This document shows positions 23,086-34,070 of a stretch of DNA of 64,000 nucleotides, one piece after another (the first letter of the stretch is position 1; each line of letters starts with the position of its first letter). Under the pieces are notes generated by a model. That model did not search any database, had not been told where the DNA came from, and was given only the letters and a program-made list of their open reading frames with translations. The position numbers and the translations under genes are program-made. Where the stretch lies: contig CAWDTA010000005.1 of the NCBI GenBank assembly GCA_963805085.1, positions 352,001 through 416,000 of the forward strand. Direction: 5' to 3'. This DNA comes from an uncultured Veillonellaceae bacterium (GTDB lineage Bacteria > Bacillota > Negativicutes > JARBTT01).

Positions 23086-23162
23086 GCGCCTGTAGCTCAG
23101 TTGGATAGAGCAACGGCCTTCTAAGCCGTGTGTCGAGCGTTCGAATCGCCCCAGGCGCACCA
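23086..23162 (+). tRNA. tRNA-Arg(TCT)
   Basis: Acceptor GCGCCTG/CAGGCGC, anticodon loop CTTCTAA, TTCGAAT, CCA end; one A-C mismatch in the T stem. Confidence 0.95.
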
Positions 23163-23426
23163 TTTGAAATCAAAGACTTTCAGTTTTTACTGAGAGCCTT
23201 TTTTGTTTTCGCGTGTCCAGCGGGACTGTGCTGGTGGGTGAAATCAAGGCGGGAAACTAGGTACATTTGTACTTGGTTTCCCGCCTTTTAGTTTCGAGAA
23301 TGGTTAAAAAACTTGCATTTTGATTGGTAAATATATTATGATATCATCATAATATAATAAAAAAATTATCAAAAAACAATCAAAACATTATCAAAAGTGA
23401 TGATGCTAAAAAAAGGAGAATTTATT

Positions 23427-23852
23427 ATGAAGTATGATAATAGTTGTCTTCATTGTACAAAAGATCAAAGGTTGCAGGATTTAATGATAGAAATAGCCGA
23501 ACTGGAGATATCAACTTTATATTTATTTAAGGAACAAACTTATAAAGGACGGTGTCTGTTATCATTCAAAGGTCATAAGAGTGAATTGTTTGAGCTTACT
23601 GATGAGGAATTAAAGCTGTATAGTCAAGATCTTGCTAAAGCATCCAAGGCTATCCAGCAGGCATGTAAGCCGGATAGAATCAACTATGGGGCTTATTCTG
23701 ACAATTTGCTGCATCTTCATTTTCACCTTGTTCCAAAGTACAAGGAAGGTTATTCTTGGGGCAGTACGTTTGAGATGATGCCTGCCAATAAGAAATTGCT
23801 CAGTGTTGTGGAATATGATCAGTTAATTCGTTTTATTAAAATTCATTTATAG
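23427..23852 (+). CDS. HIT-family hydrolase
   Basis: CLHC near N-terminus, HLHFHLVP histidine triad; start after AAGGAG. Confidence 0.9.
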   Translation: MKYDNSCLHCTKDQRLQDLMIEIAELEISTLYLFKEQTYKGRCLLSFKGHKSELFELTDEELKLYSQDLAKASKAIQQACKPDRINYGAYSDNLLHLHFHLVPKYKEGYSWGSTFEMMPANKKLLSVVEYDQLIRFIKIHL

Positions 23853-23889
23853 GATAAATGAAATGAACGTATTAAATTTTATATAAATT

Positions 23890-24172
23890 TAGAATAAAGG
23901 GCGTTGCTTAAATGGAAGTATAAAACAATTTAAGAAATCCAAGCAGATATCGCCACTTTGGTGGCAAGAGTAAGAAATACCCAAGGGATTGCGGCGGATA
24001 TTTTTAGTCAGGAAAAAGTTAAGCTTCAGAGGCTATGTGGATAGATGGTCATTTGAAACCTAAAATTCTTGCGCACCCTCTTCAGAGGATTGCACAAGAA
24101 GCTGGAATGAACATTCTAGAAGATTGTAAATTTATCATGGTAGAAGAGAATAAAATTGGTGCTGAAAAACTT
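23890..24172 (+). pseudogene. fragments of a CoA-acylating aldehyde dehydrogenase
   Basis: IATLVARVRNTQ...FSQEKV and MWIDGHL...IAQEAG...FIMVEE...EKL pieces; internally deleted, ends at att copy 1. Confidence 0.5.
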
Positions 24173-24256
24173 CTAAGCCGTGTGTTGAGCGTTCGGATCG
24201 TCTTAGGTGCAACATATGAAATCAAGGGTTCTAGCATTTTGCTAGAGCCTTTTTTG
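24170..24256 (+). repeat. tRNA-Arg 3'-half att copy 1 + hairpin
   Basis: CTTCTAAGCCGTGTGTTGAGCGTTCGGATCG...ATATGAAATCAAGGGTTCTAGCATTTTGCTAGAGCCTTTTTT. Confidence 0.92.
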
Positions 24257-24359
24257 TTTTTCTTATAATGAAGAATTTATATTTTTAATAAACCAATCGG
24301 GATAGGATTAGCAAAGTAGAAGTAGAATACTAACGATAGTAATATAATCTGGTATAGGT

Positions 24360-25358
24360 GTGAAAGAGAGGCGATATGTTATGGATAGGAAACAAAGCGA
24401 TAAAGAGATAAAAGAAATCTATTTGGCGGGAGGTTGTTTTTGGGGGACTGAGAAATATCTGTCTTTAGTCAAAGGAATCGAGTCTACCGAGGTTGGGTAT
24501 GCCAACGGCCGTACAGAAAATCCGAGTTATGAAGATGTCTGCACAGGGGAAAATGGTCATGCGGAAACGGTCAAGCTCCTCTACGATCCGGCGGTGATAA
24601 GTTTGGAATTCATTTTGAATCTTTTTTATAATGTGATCGATCCGGTGGCGAAGAACCAGCAGGGGAATGATATAGGAGTACAGTACCGTACCGGTATTTA
24701 TTATGTGGATGATAAGGATCAAGAGCGGATTTTGAATTCTTTACAGACCTTGCAAGAGGGATATGATAAGCCGATTGCCATCGAGGTCGAACCGCTGCGA
24801 AACTACTATGCCGCAGAAGAGTGGCATCAGAAATATCTAGATAAGAATCCGCAGGGATATTGCCATATTCCCAGTAGAAAATTTAGCCAGGCTGAGCAGG
24901 CGATAGATCCTTCGGTGCTCTATCAAGTAAAATCAAAGTCTGTATTAAAAAACACGCTCACGGAGATGCAATATGCGGTGACCCAAAAGAATGCCACTGA
25001 ACCGCCTTTTCAAAATCCGTTTTATAATAATTTTCGGAAAGGTATCTATGTTGATGTAACGACAGGAGAACCGCTTTTTGTTTCGACTGACAAATTTGAA
25101 TCCGGCTGTGGCTGGCCTAGCTTTTCTAGACCGATAAGATCGGAGAGTCTTCATGAAGTAATGGATCCGAGTCATGGCATGGAGCGGATAGAAGTGCGCA
25201 GCAAGACGGGAAATACCCATCTTGGCCATGTTTTTACGGACGGGCCAAAGGCTTCCGGTGGGTTAAGGTACTGCATCAACAGTGCAGCGCTAATGTTTAT
25301 TGGTAAGGAAGAAATGGAAGAAAAAAATTATGGATATTTGCTGCCACTGTTGGATTGA
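24360..25358 (+). CDS. msrAB: bifunctional methionine sulfoxide reductase (likely start 24381)
   Basis: AGGCFWG, GHAETV, YHQ-type WHQKY; [20 protein letters not shown]. Confidence 0.95.
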   Translation: MKERRYVMDRKQSDKEIKEIYLAGGCFWGTEKYLSLVKGIESTEVGYANGRTENPSYEDVCTGENGHAETVKLLYDPAVISLEFILNLFYNVIDPVAKNQQGNDIGVQYRTGIYYVDDKDQERILNSLQTLQEGYDKPIAIEVEPLRNYYAAEEWHQKYLDKNPQGYCHIPSRKFSQAEQAIDPSVLYQVKSKSVLKNTLTEMQYAVTQKNATEPPFQNPFYNNFRKGIYVDVTTGEPLFVSTDKFESGCGWPSFSRPIRSESLHEVMDPSHGMERIEVRSKTGNTHLGHVFTDGPKASGGLRYCINSAALMFIGKEEMEEKNYGYLLPLLD

Positions 25359-26782
25359 TCTATGGATTCATTTGGAGGAATAGTAGTTCTTAAACCTATT
25401 TGATTGCCTCGTGACCAGCAGACAATTGCCCCGATCGCTCCTATGATCGCTGCTACAAGATAGGTATCATGTAATGCAAGTGTAAAGCTCGCAGTAGTAT
25501 CGTTAAGAAGTGAATATCTAGCTAACTGATTGCTAAATACAGCACCACTAACAGCAACCCCCATCACTTGCCCAATATTTCGCATTAAAGCCAATGTACC
25601 AGATGCGACTCCAATATTATTTTTGATTACGCTCCCCATAATGGCATTATTGTTTGGTGCAAGAAATAATCCAGTACCAAGACCGACTAAGGCCAGGCCA
25701 AAGGCATTCATAACGTAGGTAAAGTTTTCAGTGTGACCGAGAAGTATGATGCCACTACAAATTATTACCATCCCAGCAGAAGTAAGTAATCGCGAACCAA
25801 AACGGTCGGATAGTGCCCCTGCCACCGGGGAAGCTAGCATCATCGCTCCAGGAAAAGTACTCATCAATAAACCAGCTGTTCTTGTTGATAGGGTTAAAAA
25901 GCCCACAAGGTAAAAAGGCATAAGAAAAGTTACGGTATACTGAGTCAAATAATTAATCAAAGCAGCAAGATTGCCTGCTAAAAAGGCTCGATTTTTGAAG
26001 AGCCCAAGGTTTAACATTGGGTGACCGCATTTGATTTCGATATAAATGAACATCGCAAATGAAATTAACGCGATAAAAAATAAACTTATAACAATAGACG
26101 AGTGCCAGCCCCATATATGTCCATGACTTACAGCTAGTAAAAACGTACTAAGACAGGTAAAAATAGTAACTGCTCCGCCAATATCGAACTTCTGAGGCTT
26201 TGTAATTTTTATCGGGAGTATTTTCCACGACCAAATTGTGCTAATGATGCCTATAGGAATGTTAATAATGAATATAGATTGCCAACCATAGGTTCCAACT
26301 AAAATCCCGCCAAGGGATGGACCGGCAGCAAGACCAAGCGAAACAAACATAGCGTTAATGCCAATAGCTTTTCCTCTCTCTGAAGGCTGGAAGGTATCAG
26401 TTATAATAGCTTGAACAACAGCCAAGATCGCCCCTGCGCCAATTGCCTGCAGTCCCCGCGAGGCGATAAGTACCCATATATTTGGTGATAAACTATTTAA
26501 TGCTGACGCTACGGTAAAGATGGCAAAACCACCGACAAAGACTGGGCGGTGACCGTACATATCACCAATTCTACCATAGGTTAAAAGTAGGCTGCTAATA
26601 AGTAGCAGATAAACTATTACTACCCACTCAGTATTGGTAACGGTTGTATGGAAATAGGTTGTAATTTCTGGTAAAGCAATGTTTACAATACTGGCATCAA
26701 GTGTGGACATAAAGACACCAAGTGCTGTCGTTGAATGGATGAGCCACTTACGAACTTCTGGAGTTTTCAATAAGTATAGCAT
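25328..26782 (-). CDS. DHA2-family MFS efflux transporter
   Basis: [31 protein letters not shown]; about 14 TM segments. Confidence 0.9.
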   Translation of the reverse strand: MLYLLKTPEVRKWLIHSTTALGVFMSTLDASIVNIALPEITTYFHTTVTNTEWVVIVYLLLISSLLLTYGRIGDMYGHRPVFVGGFAIFTVASALNSLSPNIWVLIASRGLQAIGAGAILAVVQAIITDTFQPSERGKAIGINAMFVSLGLAAGPSLGGILVGTYGWQSIFIINIPIGIISTIWSWKILPIKITKPQKFDIGGAVTIFTCLSTFLLAVSHGHIWGWHSSIVISLFFIALISFAMFIYIEIKCGHPMLNLGLFKNRAFLAGNLAALINYLTQYTVTFLMPFYLVGFLTLSTRTAGLLMSTFPGAMMLASPVAGALSDRFGSRLLTSAGMVIICSGIILLGHTENFTYVMNAFGLALVGLGTGLFLAPNNNAIMGSVIKNNIGVASGTLALMRNIGQVMGVAVSGAVFSNQLARYSLLNDTTASFTLALHDTYLVAAIIGAIGAIVCWSRGNQIGLRTTIPPNESIDQSNSGSKYP

Positions 26783-26912
26783 GTATTATTCCTCCAATTT
26801 GGTTAATGTAGCGCGTCATAGCACCGTATAATATATTAAACTCCTAATGGTAATGTTCCATATAGACAAGCGACTCAGCTATAAAATTAGCAAAGCTTCC
26901 ATACAAACGGCA

Positions 26913-26999
26913 CTTCAAGTCGTCGTGTGTCGAGCGTTCAAATCGGCTCAGGCGTGCCATATGAAATCAAGGGTTCTAGCTTTGCTAGAACCTTTTTTT
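26913..26999 (+). repeat. tRNA-Arg 3'-half att copy 2 + hairpin
   Basis: CGTGTGTCGAGCGTTCAAATCGGCTCAGGCGTGCCATATGAAATCAAGGGTTCTAGCTTTGCTAGAACCTTTTTTT. Confidence 0.9.
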
Positions 27000-27077
27000 G
27001 CTTATTAAACTAAGCTGTAATTATCTATACTTTGGTATATAATGATAAAGTAATTTAGTAGAATAGGAGCAATATGA

Positions 27078-28685
27078 ATGGAAGCACGGTCTATCTTAAA
27101 TAATAAATATTATTTGTACATGACAGAATTTTTTGCCGGAATGTCAGTAATGGCGGTGGAACTTGGAGCAAGCAGACTTTTAGCACCGTATTTTAGTTCT
27201 TCACAGATTGTATGGACAATTATTATCGGAACTATCATGATTGCAATGGCGCTGGGGAATATCTGGGGTGGTAGGAGTGCGGATAAGGATCCCAATCCGG
27301 ATAATTTGTATACGCGTATGATTATTGCTGCTCTATGGATTGCCGCAATACCGTTAGTGGGCAAATATGTAATTTTAGCCGTGTCAGCAGCACTTGTTTT
27401 AACCATAAACAATAGTTTTTTAATTTTAGCAGCCTTTTTATCCTGTATGATCATCTTTGTATTTCCGCTGTTCTTGTTGGGGACAGTTACCCCTTCTCTG
27501 GTGAAATATACGGTAGATAGCTTAGATGACAGTGGAAAGATCGTGGGTACACTGGTTGCGATTAATACAATTGGAAGCATCATTGGTACATTTTTACCTA
27601 CCTTTGTTACGATTCCGGCAGTTGGGACATCCATTACATTCTTAATATTCTCGGGGATTCTTTTGGCACTTGGTCTGATTTACTTTATAGACAAAAAAGC
27701 GAAGAAAGTGAAATGTATCATTGGTGTTATTTTATTCCTTGTTTGCAGTATATTTGGTTCTTCAGACAGTTTAGCTTTTTGGGAAAACAATCTCTTATAT
27801 GAAGGAGAATCTATTTATAATTATTTGCAGGTGAAGGAAATCGATAATAGTGTAATTCTTTCTACAAATGTACTTTTTGGCGTTCAATCTATTATGAAAA
27901 AAGATGATAGCTTGACGGGAATGTATTATGATTATGCACTTGCTGCACCTGTCATGTCTGGAATTGGGACGAAAGAAAATACAAAAATTTTAGTACTCGG
28001 TATGGGAACAGGGACTTATGCAAAACAATGTCAAAAATATTTTACCAATGCATCTATTGAAGGCGTAGAAATCGATCAGAAAATAACTGATTTGGCGAGT
28101 AAATATTTCGAGCTTCCCGATAACATAAAAGTGACTACTTATGATGGTCGGGCGTACTTGAATGCTACAGATAAAAAATATGATGTAATTATGGTAGACG
28201 CGTACCAGGACATAACGATACCTTTTCAGATGTCTTCCATAGAATTCTTTACTATGGTTAAGGAGCACTTAACAAAAGATGGCATTATGGTTGTCAATAT
28301 GAATATGCATACCGAAAAAGAGGGAAATATTAATCAGTATCTGTCAGACACAATCGCAAATGTTTTTAATGTGGTATATACAGTGAATGTAGATGGAACA
28401 ACCAACAGAGAATTGTTTGCAACACAGAATAGGGAGGTTGCTAAAAATTTTGAGCAGAATACTGTGGAATTAAGCAATTATAAATTAAAGGCATTAATGC
28501 ATAATGTTGCAGGCAATATGGATAGATACATAAAGGGAGAGTATCTCTTGACTGATGATAAAGCACCAGTAGAACTTTTAGGAATGCAGGTAATCGATGA
28601 ATTAATCCAGCATGAAATAAGTTATTACAAAGAAGTATTCAAAAAAGAAGGGATAAATGGATTACTAAAAAATATATTATTCTGA
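27078..28685 (+). CDS. membrane-domain/spermidine synthase-like methyltransferase fusion
   Basis: N-terminal TM domain (ELGASRLLAPYF), C-terminal LVLGMGTG, VEID, DGR, YDVIMVDAY. Confidence 0.88.
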   Translation: MEARSILNNKYYLYMTEFFAGMSVMAVELGASRLLAPYFSSSQIVWTIIIGTIMIAMALGNIWGGRSADKDPNPDNLYTRMIIAALWIAAIPLVGKYVILAVSAALVLTINNSFLILAAFLSCMIIFVFPLFLLGTVTPSLVKYTVDSLDDSGKIVGTLVAINTIGSIIGTFLPTFVTIPAVGTSITFLIFSGILLALGLIYFIDKKAKKVKCIIGVILFLVCSIFGSSDSLAFWENNLLYEGESIYNYLQVKEIDNSVILSTNVLFGVQSIMKKDDSLTGMYYDYALAAPVMSGIGTKENTKILVLGMGTGTYAKQCQKYFTNASIEGVEIDQKITDLASKYFELPDNIKVTTYDGRAYLNATDKKYDVIMVDAYQDITIPFQMSSIEFFTMVKEHLTKDGIMVVNMNMHTEKEGNINQYLSDTIANVFNVVYTVNVDGTTNRELFATQNREVAKNFEQNTVELSNYKLKALMHNVAGNMDRYIKGEYLLTDDKAPVELLGMQVIDELIQHEISYYKEVFKKEGINGLLKNILF

Positions 28686-28723
28686 ATGAAAAAAAGTGAA
28701 AAATAAGAAATTATTTACTCATG

Positions 28724-28820
28724 GCCTAAAATTTTCTGAGCTATGTGTCGAGCGTTCAGATTGCCAAAGCGCTCCATATGAAATCAAGGGTTCTAGCATT
28801 TTGCTAGAATCCTTTTTGTT
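28724..28820 (+). repeat. tRNA-Arg 3'-half att copy 3 + hairpin
   Basis: GCCTAAAATTTTCTGAGCTATGTGTCGAGCGTTCAGATTGCC...CCATATGAAATCAAGGGTTCTAGCATTTTGCTAGAATCCTTTTT. Confidence 0.9.
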
Positions 28821-29017
28821 AGAAAACAGAAGCGGCCATGTTTACATGCTTTCCGCATATTAGTTTAAATTGCCCTCTTACAAGGTTTTAGGTTTATTTT
28901 TCACGCTAACAACATATTAATTAACTTAAAATTAATATGTTGTTAACTAACTATTAAAAGCCCGGAAGTATAATATAGAGGATAATAGTTATTCGACAGA
29001 AATAGAGGGGAAGTAAA

Positions 29018-29389
29018 TTGAAAGTACTAATTGTCGACGATTCAAGTTTTGCTAGGCGAACACTAGAAAAATTTCTCAAAAAAAATTTTCCTAATATAGT
29101 AATTACTTTAGCTTGCAATGGGCGAGCAGGTTGTATTGCATTTGCCCGCGAAAAACCGGATATTATATTTACTGATCTCTTAATGCCTGAAATGGTTGGG
29201 CAGGAGATGATCAAACAAATACGAGAAATCGATGAACAGGTTCCGATTTTTGTTTTAACAGCTGATATTCAGCAGGTCACTAAATTTGAGCTGATTCAGT
29301 ACGGTATTACCGCATTTATCAATAAGCCGCTAACCAGCGAAAATGGTGAACTTATCAAGCAAAAGATAGGGGGGCGAATTGATGCTTAG
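29018..29389 (+). CDS. single-domain response regulator (CheY-like)
   Basis: LIVDDS, TDLLMP, LTAD, KP. Confidence 0.9.
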   Translation: MKVLIVDDSSFARRTLEKFLKKNFPNIVITLACNGRAGCIAFAREKPDIIFTDLLMPEMVGQEMIKQIREIDEQVPIFVLTADIQQVTKFELIQYGITAFINKPLTSENGELIKQKIGGRIDA

Positions 29390-30023
29390 TGAAATGCAAA
29401 AAGACGTGCTGACGGAAGTCGTGAATATAGCGATTGGTCGGAGCGCGGCTCTCCTATCTGAAATGACAAGACAAAAAGTGGAATTATCTGTTCCTTGTAT
29501 TGATCTTCTTACAATAAGGGATGCAGAATCCCCCATTTTTTCACAGATTTCCGTTGATAGGGGGCATATCATCTCTTCGTCGATCAAATTTGGAACTGAA
29601 TTTAAAGGAAAAGCGTTTTTACTATTTCCGGCTCGTCAGGCTAAGCTTTTAGTTGGTTTGTGCCTAGGCGATAGTGTCGATGAAACTAATATAAATGATA
29701 AGAATTTATTAGATACTGATTTTGATGTTTTAATGGAGATTAGTAATGTTATTTTGAACGCTATTATGGGGGGGATGGGGAACTTTCTTGAATCCAAGCT
29801 AGTATACTCGCTACCCGAGATAGAAATGATGTTCGTCTCCGCAGAGGGGCAAAGGGGATTGCTGCAGGGACAAATGTATGTACTGGTATTGCAAGCAAAA
29901 CTTGATTTAGCAGATAAGCAGTTTGAAGGCACGATTTTGATTGCCTTAAGCTTAGATTCGGTAGCGCAGTTAATCAGCCGAATTGATCGATTGGTGGGGA
30001 ATTTGCATGAATCAGGTATTTGA
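29382..30023 (+). CDS. CheC-family phosphatase-like protein
   Basis: Two ExxN motifs (EVVNIAIG, EISNVILN). Confidence 0.85.
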   Translation: MLSEMQKDVLTEVVNIAIGRSAALLSEMTRQKVELSVPCIDLLTIRDAESPIFSQISVDRGHIISSSIKFGTEFKGKAFLLFPARQAKLLVGLCLGDSVDETNINDKNLLDTDFDVLMEISNVILNAIMGGMGNFLESKLVYSLPEIEMMFVSAEGQRGLLQGQMYVLVLQAKLDLADKQFEGTILIALSLDSVAQLISRIDRLVGNLHESGI

Positions 30024-30969
30024 TCATATTTTGGATCATCTGAATTTGGGAGTCTTACTTGTTGACAATAACCACAGTGTGCTAGTCTGGAATAGCTGGC
30101 TGGAACGAGCAAGCGGCGTCCCAAAAGACGAAGTGATTGGCAGACCGCTTGGTGAGATTTGCCCATGCTTTCAAAAAAATAGCTTCAAAGATATGCTGAA
30201 CAATGCCATCGTCAATGGTGAGCATCGATTTTGCTCGGGCATGTTACATAATGGATTTATTTATCCCAAGGATAGGGAGGATATCACTGAAAAAGGTCGG
30301 CAAAACATGCAGATTGAGGCATTTTACCAAGACGGGGAAGTTTTCGCGTTGATCCAGATCAGCGACATTACCAGTCAGTATCGACGGATACACTGCTTGA
30401 AACACTTGGTCAAAGAGCTAGAAGTCGACTATGAATCTATTAAGGAATCGGAGGAGCATGCTAAACGCAATGCTTTGTATGATCCTTTGACGGGATTGTG
30501 CAATCGAACCTTATTTTACGATCGACTCAGGCATTCAATAGATCAGGCTGGTAGGAGTGGACGCCTTGTAGCTTTGCTATTTTTAGATTTAGATGGTTTT
30601 AAATCGGTGAATGATTCGATGGGGCATCTCAGCGGCGATTTATTGCTTAAAGAGGTTGCTAACCGCTTGAATACAGTTGTGCGAAAAACGGATACCGTCT
30701 GTCGATTAGGTGGCGACGAATATACAATTATTCTTCCTGACATAAAATCGAAAAATGATGTTGAAATGACTGCCAAAGATATCCGCAGGTTATTATCGGA
30801 CGAATTTAATCTGGGGGATAAAAACATATTTATTACTGTCAGTATTGGGATTAGCCTTTTTCCTGTAGATGGAGTCGATTCGGAAAATCTGGTAAAACAT
30901 GCTGATAGTGCTATGTATTCAGTAAAGAGCACTGGTAAAAACGGTTATCAGTTTTACTCGATCAAATAG
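30007..30969 (+). CDS. PAS-GGDEF diguanylate cyclase
   Basis: YDPLTGLCNR, DLDGFKSVNDSMGH, RLGGDEY; N-terminal PAS. Confidence 0.92.
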   Translation: MNQVFDHILDHLNLGVLLVDNNHSVLVWNSWLERASGVPKDEVIGRPLGEICPCFQKNSFKDMLNNAIVNGEHRFCSGMLHNGFIYPKDREDITEKGRQNMQIEAFYQDGEVFALIQISDITSQYRRIHCLKHLVKELEVDYESIKESEEHAKRNALYDPLTGLCNRTLFYDRLRHSIDQAGRSGRLVALLFLDLDGFKSVNDSMGHLSGDLLLKEVANRLNTVVRKTDTVCRLGGDEYTIILPDIKSKNDVEMTAKDIRRLLSDEFNLGDKNIFITVSIGISLFPVDGVDSENLVKHADSAMYSVKSTGKNGYQFYSIK

Positions 30970-31102
30970 CCTGTTCCCACGCCCATCCCTTAGTTGGTTT
31001 TAACTCCAAATTAATATTGCTATAATTAAAATTGATAATAATTATAGCAATATTAAGATGAAAATATAAATATAAATTCTGTTAGGTCAATAATATATAT
31101 TT

Positions 31103-31175
31103 GGCAGACTTACTGAAAAGTAAGGACGTAAAGTTGTGAGTCTGAGGACGATTGTCTATAATTGCTAGGTTTCCC
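31103..31175 (+). ncRNA. variant/degenerate c-di-GMP-I riboswitch
   Basis: GGCAGACTTACTGAAAAGTAAGGACGTAAAGTTGTGAGTCTGAGGAC...ATTGCTAGGTTTCC aligns with the GEMM at 1896-2003; upstream of an MCP. Confidence 0.7.
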
Positions 31176-31315
31176 TTGGAAGAGGTACTGAAACCAAGGT
31201 ATTTATCTGGGCTTTTGGTGTTTACATTCGGGGGAAAAAAATTTAGGGGAGTTTGTTCATTAAATCAGTTACAAACAAACTCTTGTCTAATTTTTAATAA
31301 AGGAGAATAATACTA

Positions 31316-33283
31316 ATGACTATTAAAGTTAAAACAATTATATTGCTGTTAATCGCTCTTTTTGTAACAGGTTTAATTGTCGGTGGGTCAGGTATGTATG
31401 TTATCTATAAAAAAACATTGAAAAACACTCAAGTAAGTATGTACGGACAGGCGTCTCAGCTTGCTGGCGGGGTCAATGAATTAGTTTCTACCTTTGCGAA
31501 AAGTGGAAAATTTTTTGGTGAAGATACCGATCTTAAGTTAGGAGATACTGCTCGCATACAAGGAAAGCTCAATACCTATTTTGCCACGTCCTGGGGAGTC
31601 GATCGTCTCGTGTTTATCAATACAGCGGGTGAGAGAGTTGCCTCAGCTCCACACGATGCTAAAAGTCTGGGAGGTAGTGTGGCTGACCGCGCTTTCTTTA
31701 AAGACACAATGACGGATCAGAAGTCGCATATCAGCGATGTGATAGTAAACAGGGTAAATGGAATGCCTTCCGTCATTGTTACACATCCCATAAAGGCGGA
31801 AGACGGCAAAATGGCAGGAATTGTTGTGCAGTCAGTCTCTTTGGACATCCTGCAAAATCTCTTGGCACCAGTTAAAGTTGGCGAAGGCGGAGTGGCCGGC
31901 ATAGTTGCCCAAGATGGATCGATACTAGCTCATACGGACAAAGATTTAATCAAAGAACAAAAAAAACTTCCTGAAGATATATTACAAACGCTGAAGGAAA
32001 ATCAAGGAAAAATGATTTCATATATGGATACTACTGGTAGAGATTCACTAGCTTTAGCTATACCAATAAAGGATACCCCGTGGGTGGTTATTGTTAGTAT
32101 GCCTAGGAGTGAGATTACCAGCGATTTTTATGCCAGTCTTACTAGTATGGTTGTTTCGCTGCTAGGGGTTTTTATTGTTGTTGGGGTTATTGCTTGGTTT
32201 TTTCTTCTCAGATTGCTGCGCCCCATCGAAAAAATTTGCGAGAAAGTTGCAAAGATTGGTGAGGGCGATCTGTCGGTGGATATTACTTCTACAGCCAAGG
32301 ATGAGATTGGAATATTGACGAGAGCCTTGTCGACAACAATAGAAAATTTTAGAAAAATGATTGTCAAGGTTCAGGAGGCAAGCGAGACGGTATCTACATC
32401 TTCTGAAGAACTTACGGCTAGCACAGAACAAGTGTCTCAGGCCGCAGATCAAGTAGTAACGACAATAACCGATGTGACCAACGGAATGTCACACCAAATG
32501 CAGGCTGTGAATGACACCATGAACATAGTTGAACAAATGTCGGCTGGCCTTCAGCAGATTGCAGCAAATACGGGTAGTGTTTCTGCGACAGCCGAGAAAA
32601 CATCAAATACTGCCTTAGCAGGTCGGGAAGCTGTTCAAAAAGTTGCAAATCAGATGGCTAACATTGAAACATCGGTAACCAATTCAGCGCAAGTAGTAGC
32701 TAAGCTCGGTGAGCGTTCTAAGGAAATTGGGCAAATTGTCGATACTATCGCGGGAATATCCAGTCAAACCAATCTATTAGCTTTAAATGCTGCCATTGAA
32801 GCTGCTCGAGCTGGCGAACAAGGTCGCGGATTTGCTGTGGTAGCTGAGGAGGTCAGAAAACTAGCAGAGCAGTCGCAGGATGCTACCAAAGAGATTGCCA
32901 CTTTAATTGGCGATATTCAGCAGGATACTACTAAGGCTGTGCTGGCTATGAACGAAGGTGCTGGTGAAGTAAAAATAGGTACTGAAGTGGCCAATGATGC
33001 AGGGCAGTCATTTAGCGAGATTGCTTCACTGATTACTGAAGTATCTGAGCAAATTCGTGATATTTCTGCGGCTATTGAACAGATGGCAAGTGGTAGTAAG
33101 CAAATTGTATCTTCGGTAAAGGATATTGCACAGATCAGCAATGATGTTACAAGTGAAACACAAATTGTATCTGCTGCCACCCAAGAGCAAACCGCATCTA
33201 TTCAGGAGATTGCCTCGTCCAGTACGGATCTTTCGCAAATGGCGGGAAATCTGCAGGCCGTTGTATCTAAGTTTAAAATTTAG
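31316..33283 (+). CDS. methyl-accepting chemotaxis protein (dCache sensor)
   Basis: TM-dCache-TM-HAMP-MA; [27 protein letters not shown]. Confidence 0.95.
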   Translation: MTIKVKTIILLLIALFVTGLIVGGSGMYVIYKKTLKNTQVSMYGQASQLAGGVNELVSTFAKSGKFFGEDTDLKLGDTARIQGKLNTYFATSWGVDRLVFINTAGERVASAPHDAKSLGGSVADRAFFKDTMTDQKSHISDVIVNRVNGMPSVIVTHPIKAEDGKMAGIVVQSVSLDILQNLLAPVKVGEGGVAGIVAQDGSILAHTDKDLIKEQKKLPEDILQTLKENQGKMISYMDTTGRDSLALAIPIKDTPWVVIVSMPRSEITSDFYASLTSMVVSLLGVFIVVGVIAWFFLLRLLRPIEKICEKVAKIGEGDLSVDITSTAKDEIGILTRALSTTIENFRKMIVKVQEASETVSTSSEELTASTEQVSQAADQVVTTITDVTNGMSHQMQAVNDTMNIVEQMSAGLQQIAANTGSVSATAEKTSNTALAGREAVQKVANQMANIETSVTNSAQVVAKLGERSKEIGQIVDTIAGISSQTNLLALNAAIEAARAGEQGRGFAVVAEEVRKLAEQSQDATKEIATLIGDIQQDTTKAVLAMNEGAGEVKIGTEVANDAGQSFSEIASLITEVSEQIRDISAAIEQMASGSKQIVSSVKDIAQISNDVTSETQIVSAATQEQTASIQEIASSSTDLSQMAGNLQAVVSKFKI

Positions 33284-33307
33284 ATCAATTCTAGAAATAG
33301 TAGGAGG

Positions 33308-33430
33308 ATGTCAAATGTAGGGTTGCGTATTTTTCCGAATATTAATCGACGGCCTAAAGTGTTAATGGAAGGATTTGCCGGAATACCAGTGGCCAACATA
33401 GCAGATAACATGAACCGCATGTCTTGCTTC
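33308..33430 (+). pseudogene. N-terminal fragment of RraA/HMG-aldolase-family protein
   Basis: AGGAGG RBS; MSNVGLRIF...FAGIPVANIADNMNR, then similarity appears to stop. Confidence 0.65.
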
Positions 33431-33539
33431 GTACCTAAGTTGTCCTGTATCAGGATAATAAATCATGACATTTTTATTGCCTTTTATCTGCGAAACCGTG
33501 CCACGCCTAAGTTCATTTCTAATGGGGTTAGAAGCTCTA

Positions 33540-33722
33540 TCTAGGTTATTCCCAAGGAAATAATAGCCTAAAAACTTCTGAGCCATATGTCGAGCATTCG
33601 AATTGCCCTAGGCGCACCACTAGAAGACAAGGGTTCTAGAATTTTGCTAGTGCCTTTTTTGTTGTTGGTGGACAACAAAAATCATGAAAAAATGTTTGAA
33701 AAACAGAAGAGTCCCCGTTTTC
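33540..33722 (+). repeat. tRNA-Arg 3'-half att copy 4 with left and right arms
   Basis: GCCTAAAAACTTCTGAGCCATATGTCGAGCATTCGAATTGCCCTAGGCGCACCA + hairpin + TTGGTGGACAA. Confidence 0.9.
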
Positions 33723-34070
33723 TTCATTAATTAATAGATATTTTCTTCATTTATGGTGTTTAAGATTAATCGGGGGGAACAGTATCATCTCTAATGACGA
33801 AAAAACTGCCATCAAATTTTGCATAAATTTGGTGGCAGTTCTTGTGTTATATGGTAAATGCAGTTCATGTGAAGGATGATTGATCCTGCTACAGAGCCCC
33901 CTAACTAACAGGCTGAATAAAAGGGATATTGTGTAATGTCAAAAGACATTGATTGTGCATTTATAAATAAAACTTGAAGGCTGCAAAGGGCTGTGTTATA
34001 TTAATAGGAAAAAAAGGTAATTAACGAGAACAGCTCTCGTCTTTTAACAGATGGGAGTTGTTGAATTTTT

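Noticed and set aside
22880-23173. 97-aa minus-strand ORF
   Set aside because: Antisense shadow of the two tRNAs
31011-31056. AT-rich 17-bp-arm palindrome between the DGC and the riboswitch
   Set aside because: Single copy, AT-rich; most simply a terminator or operator
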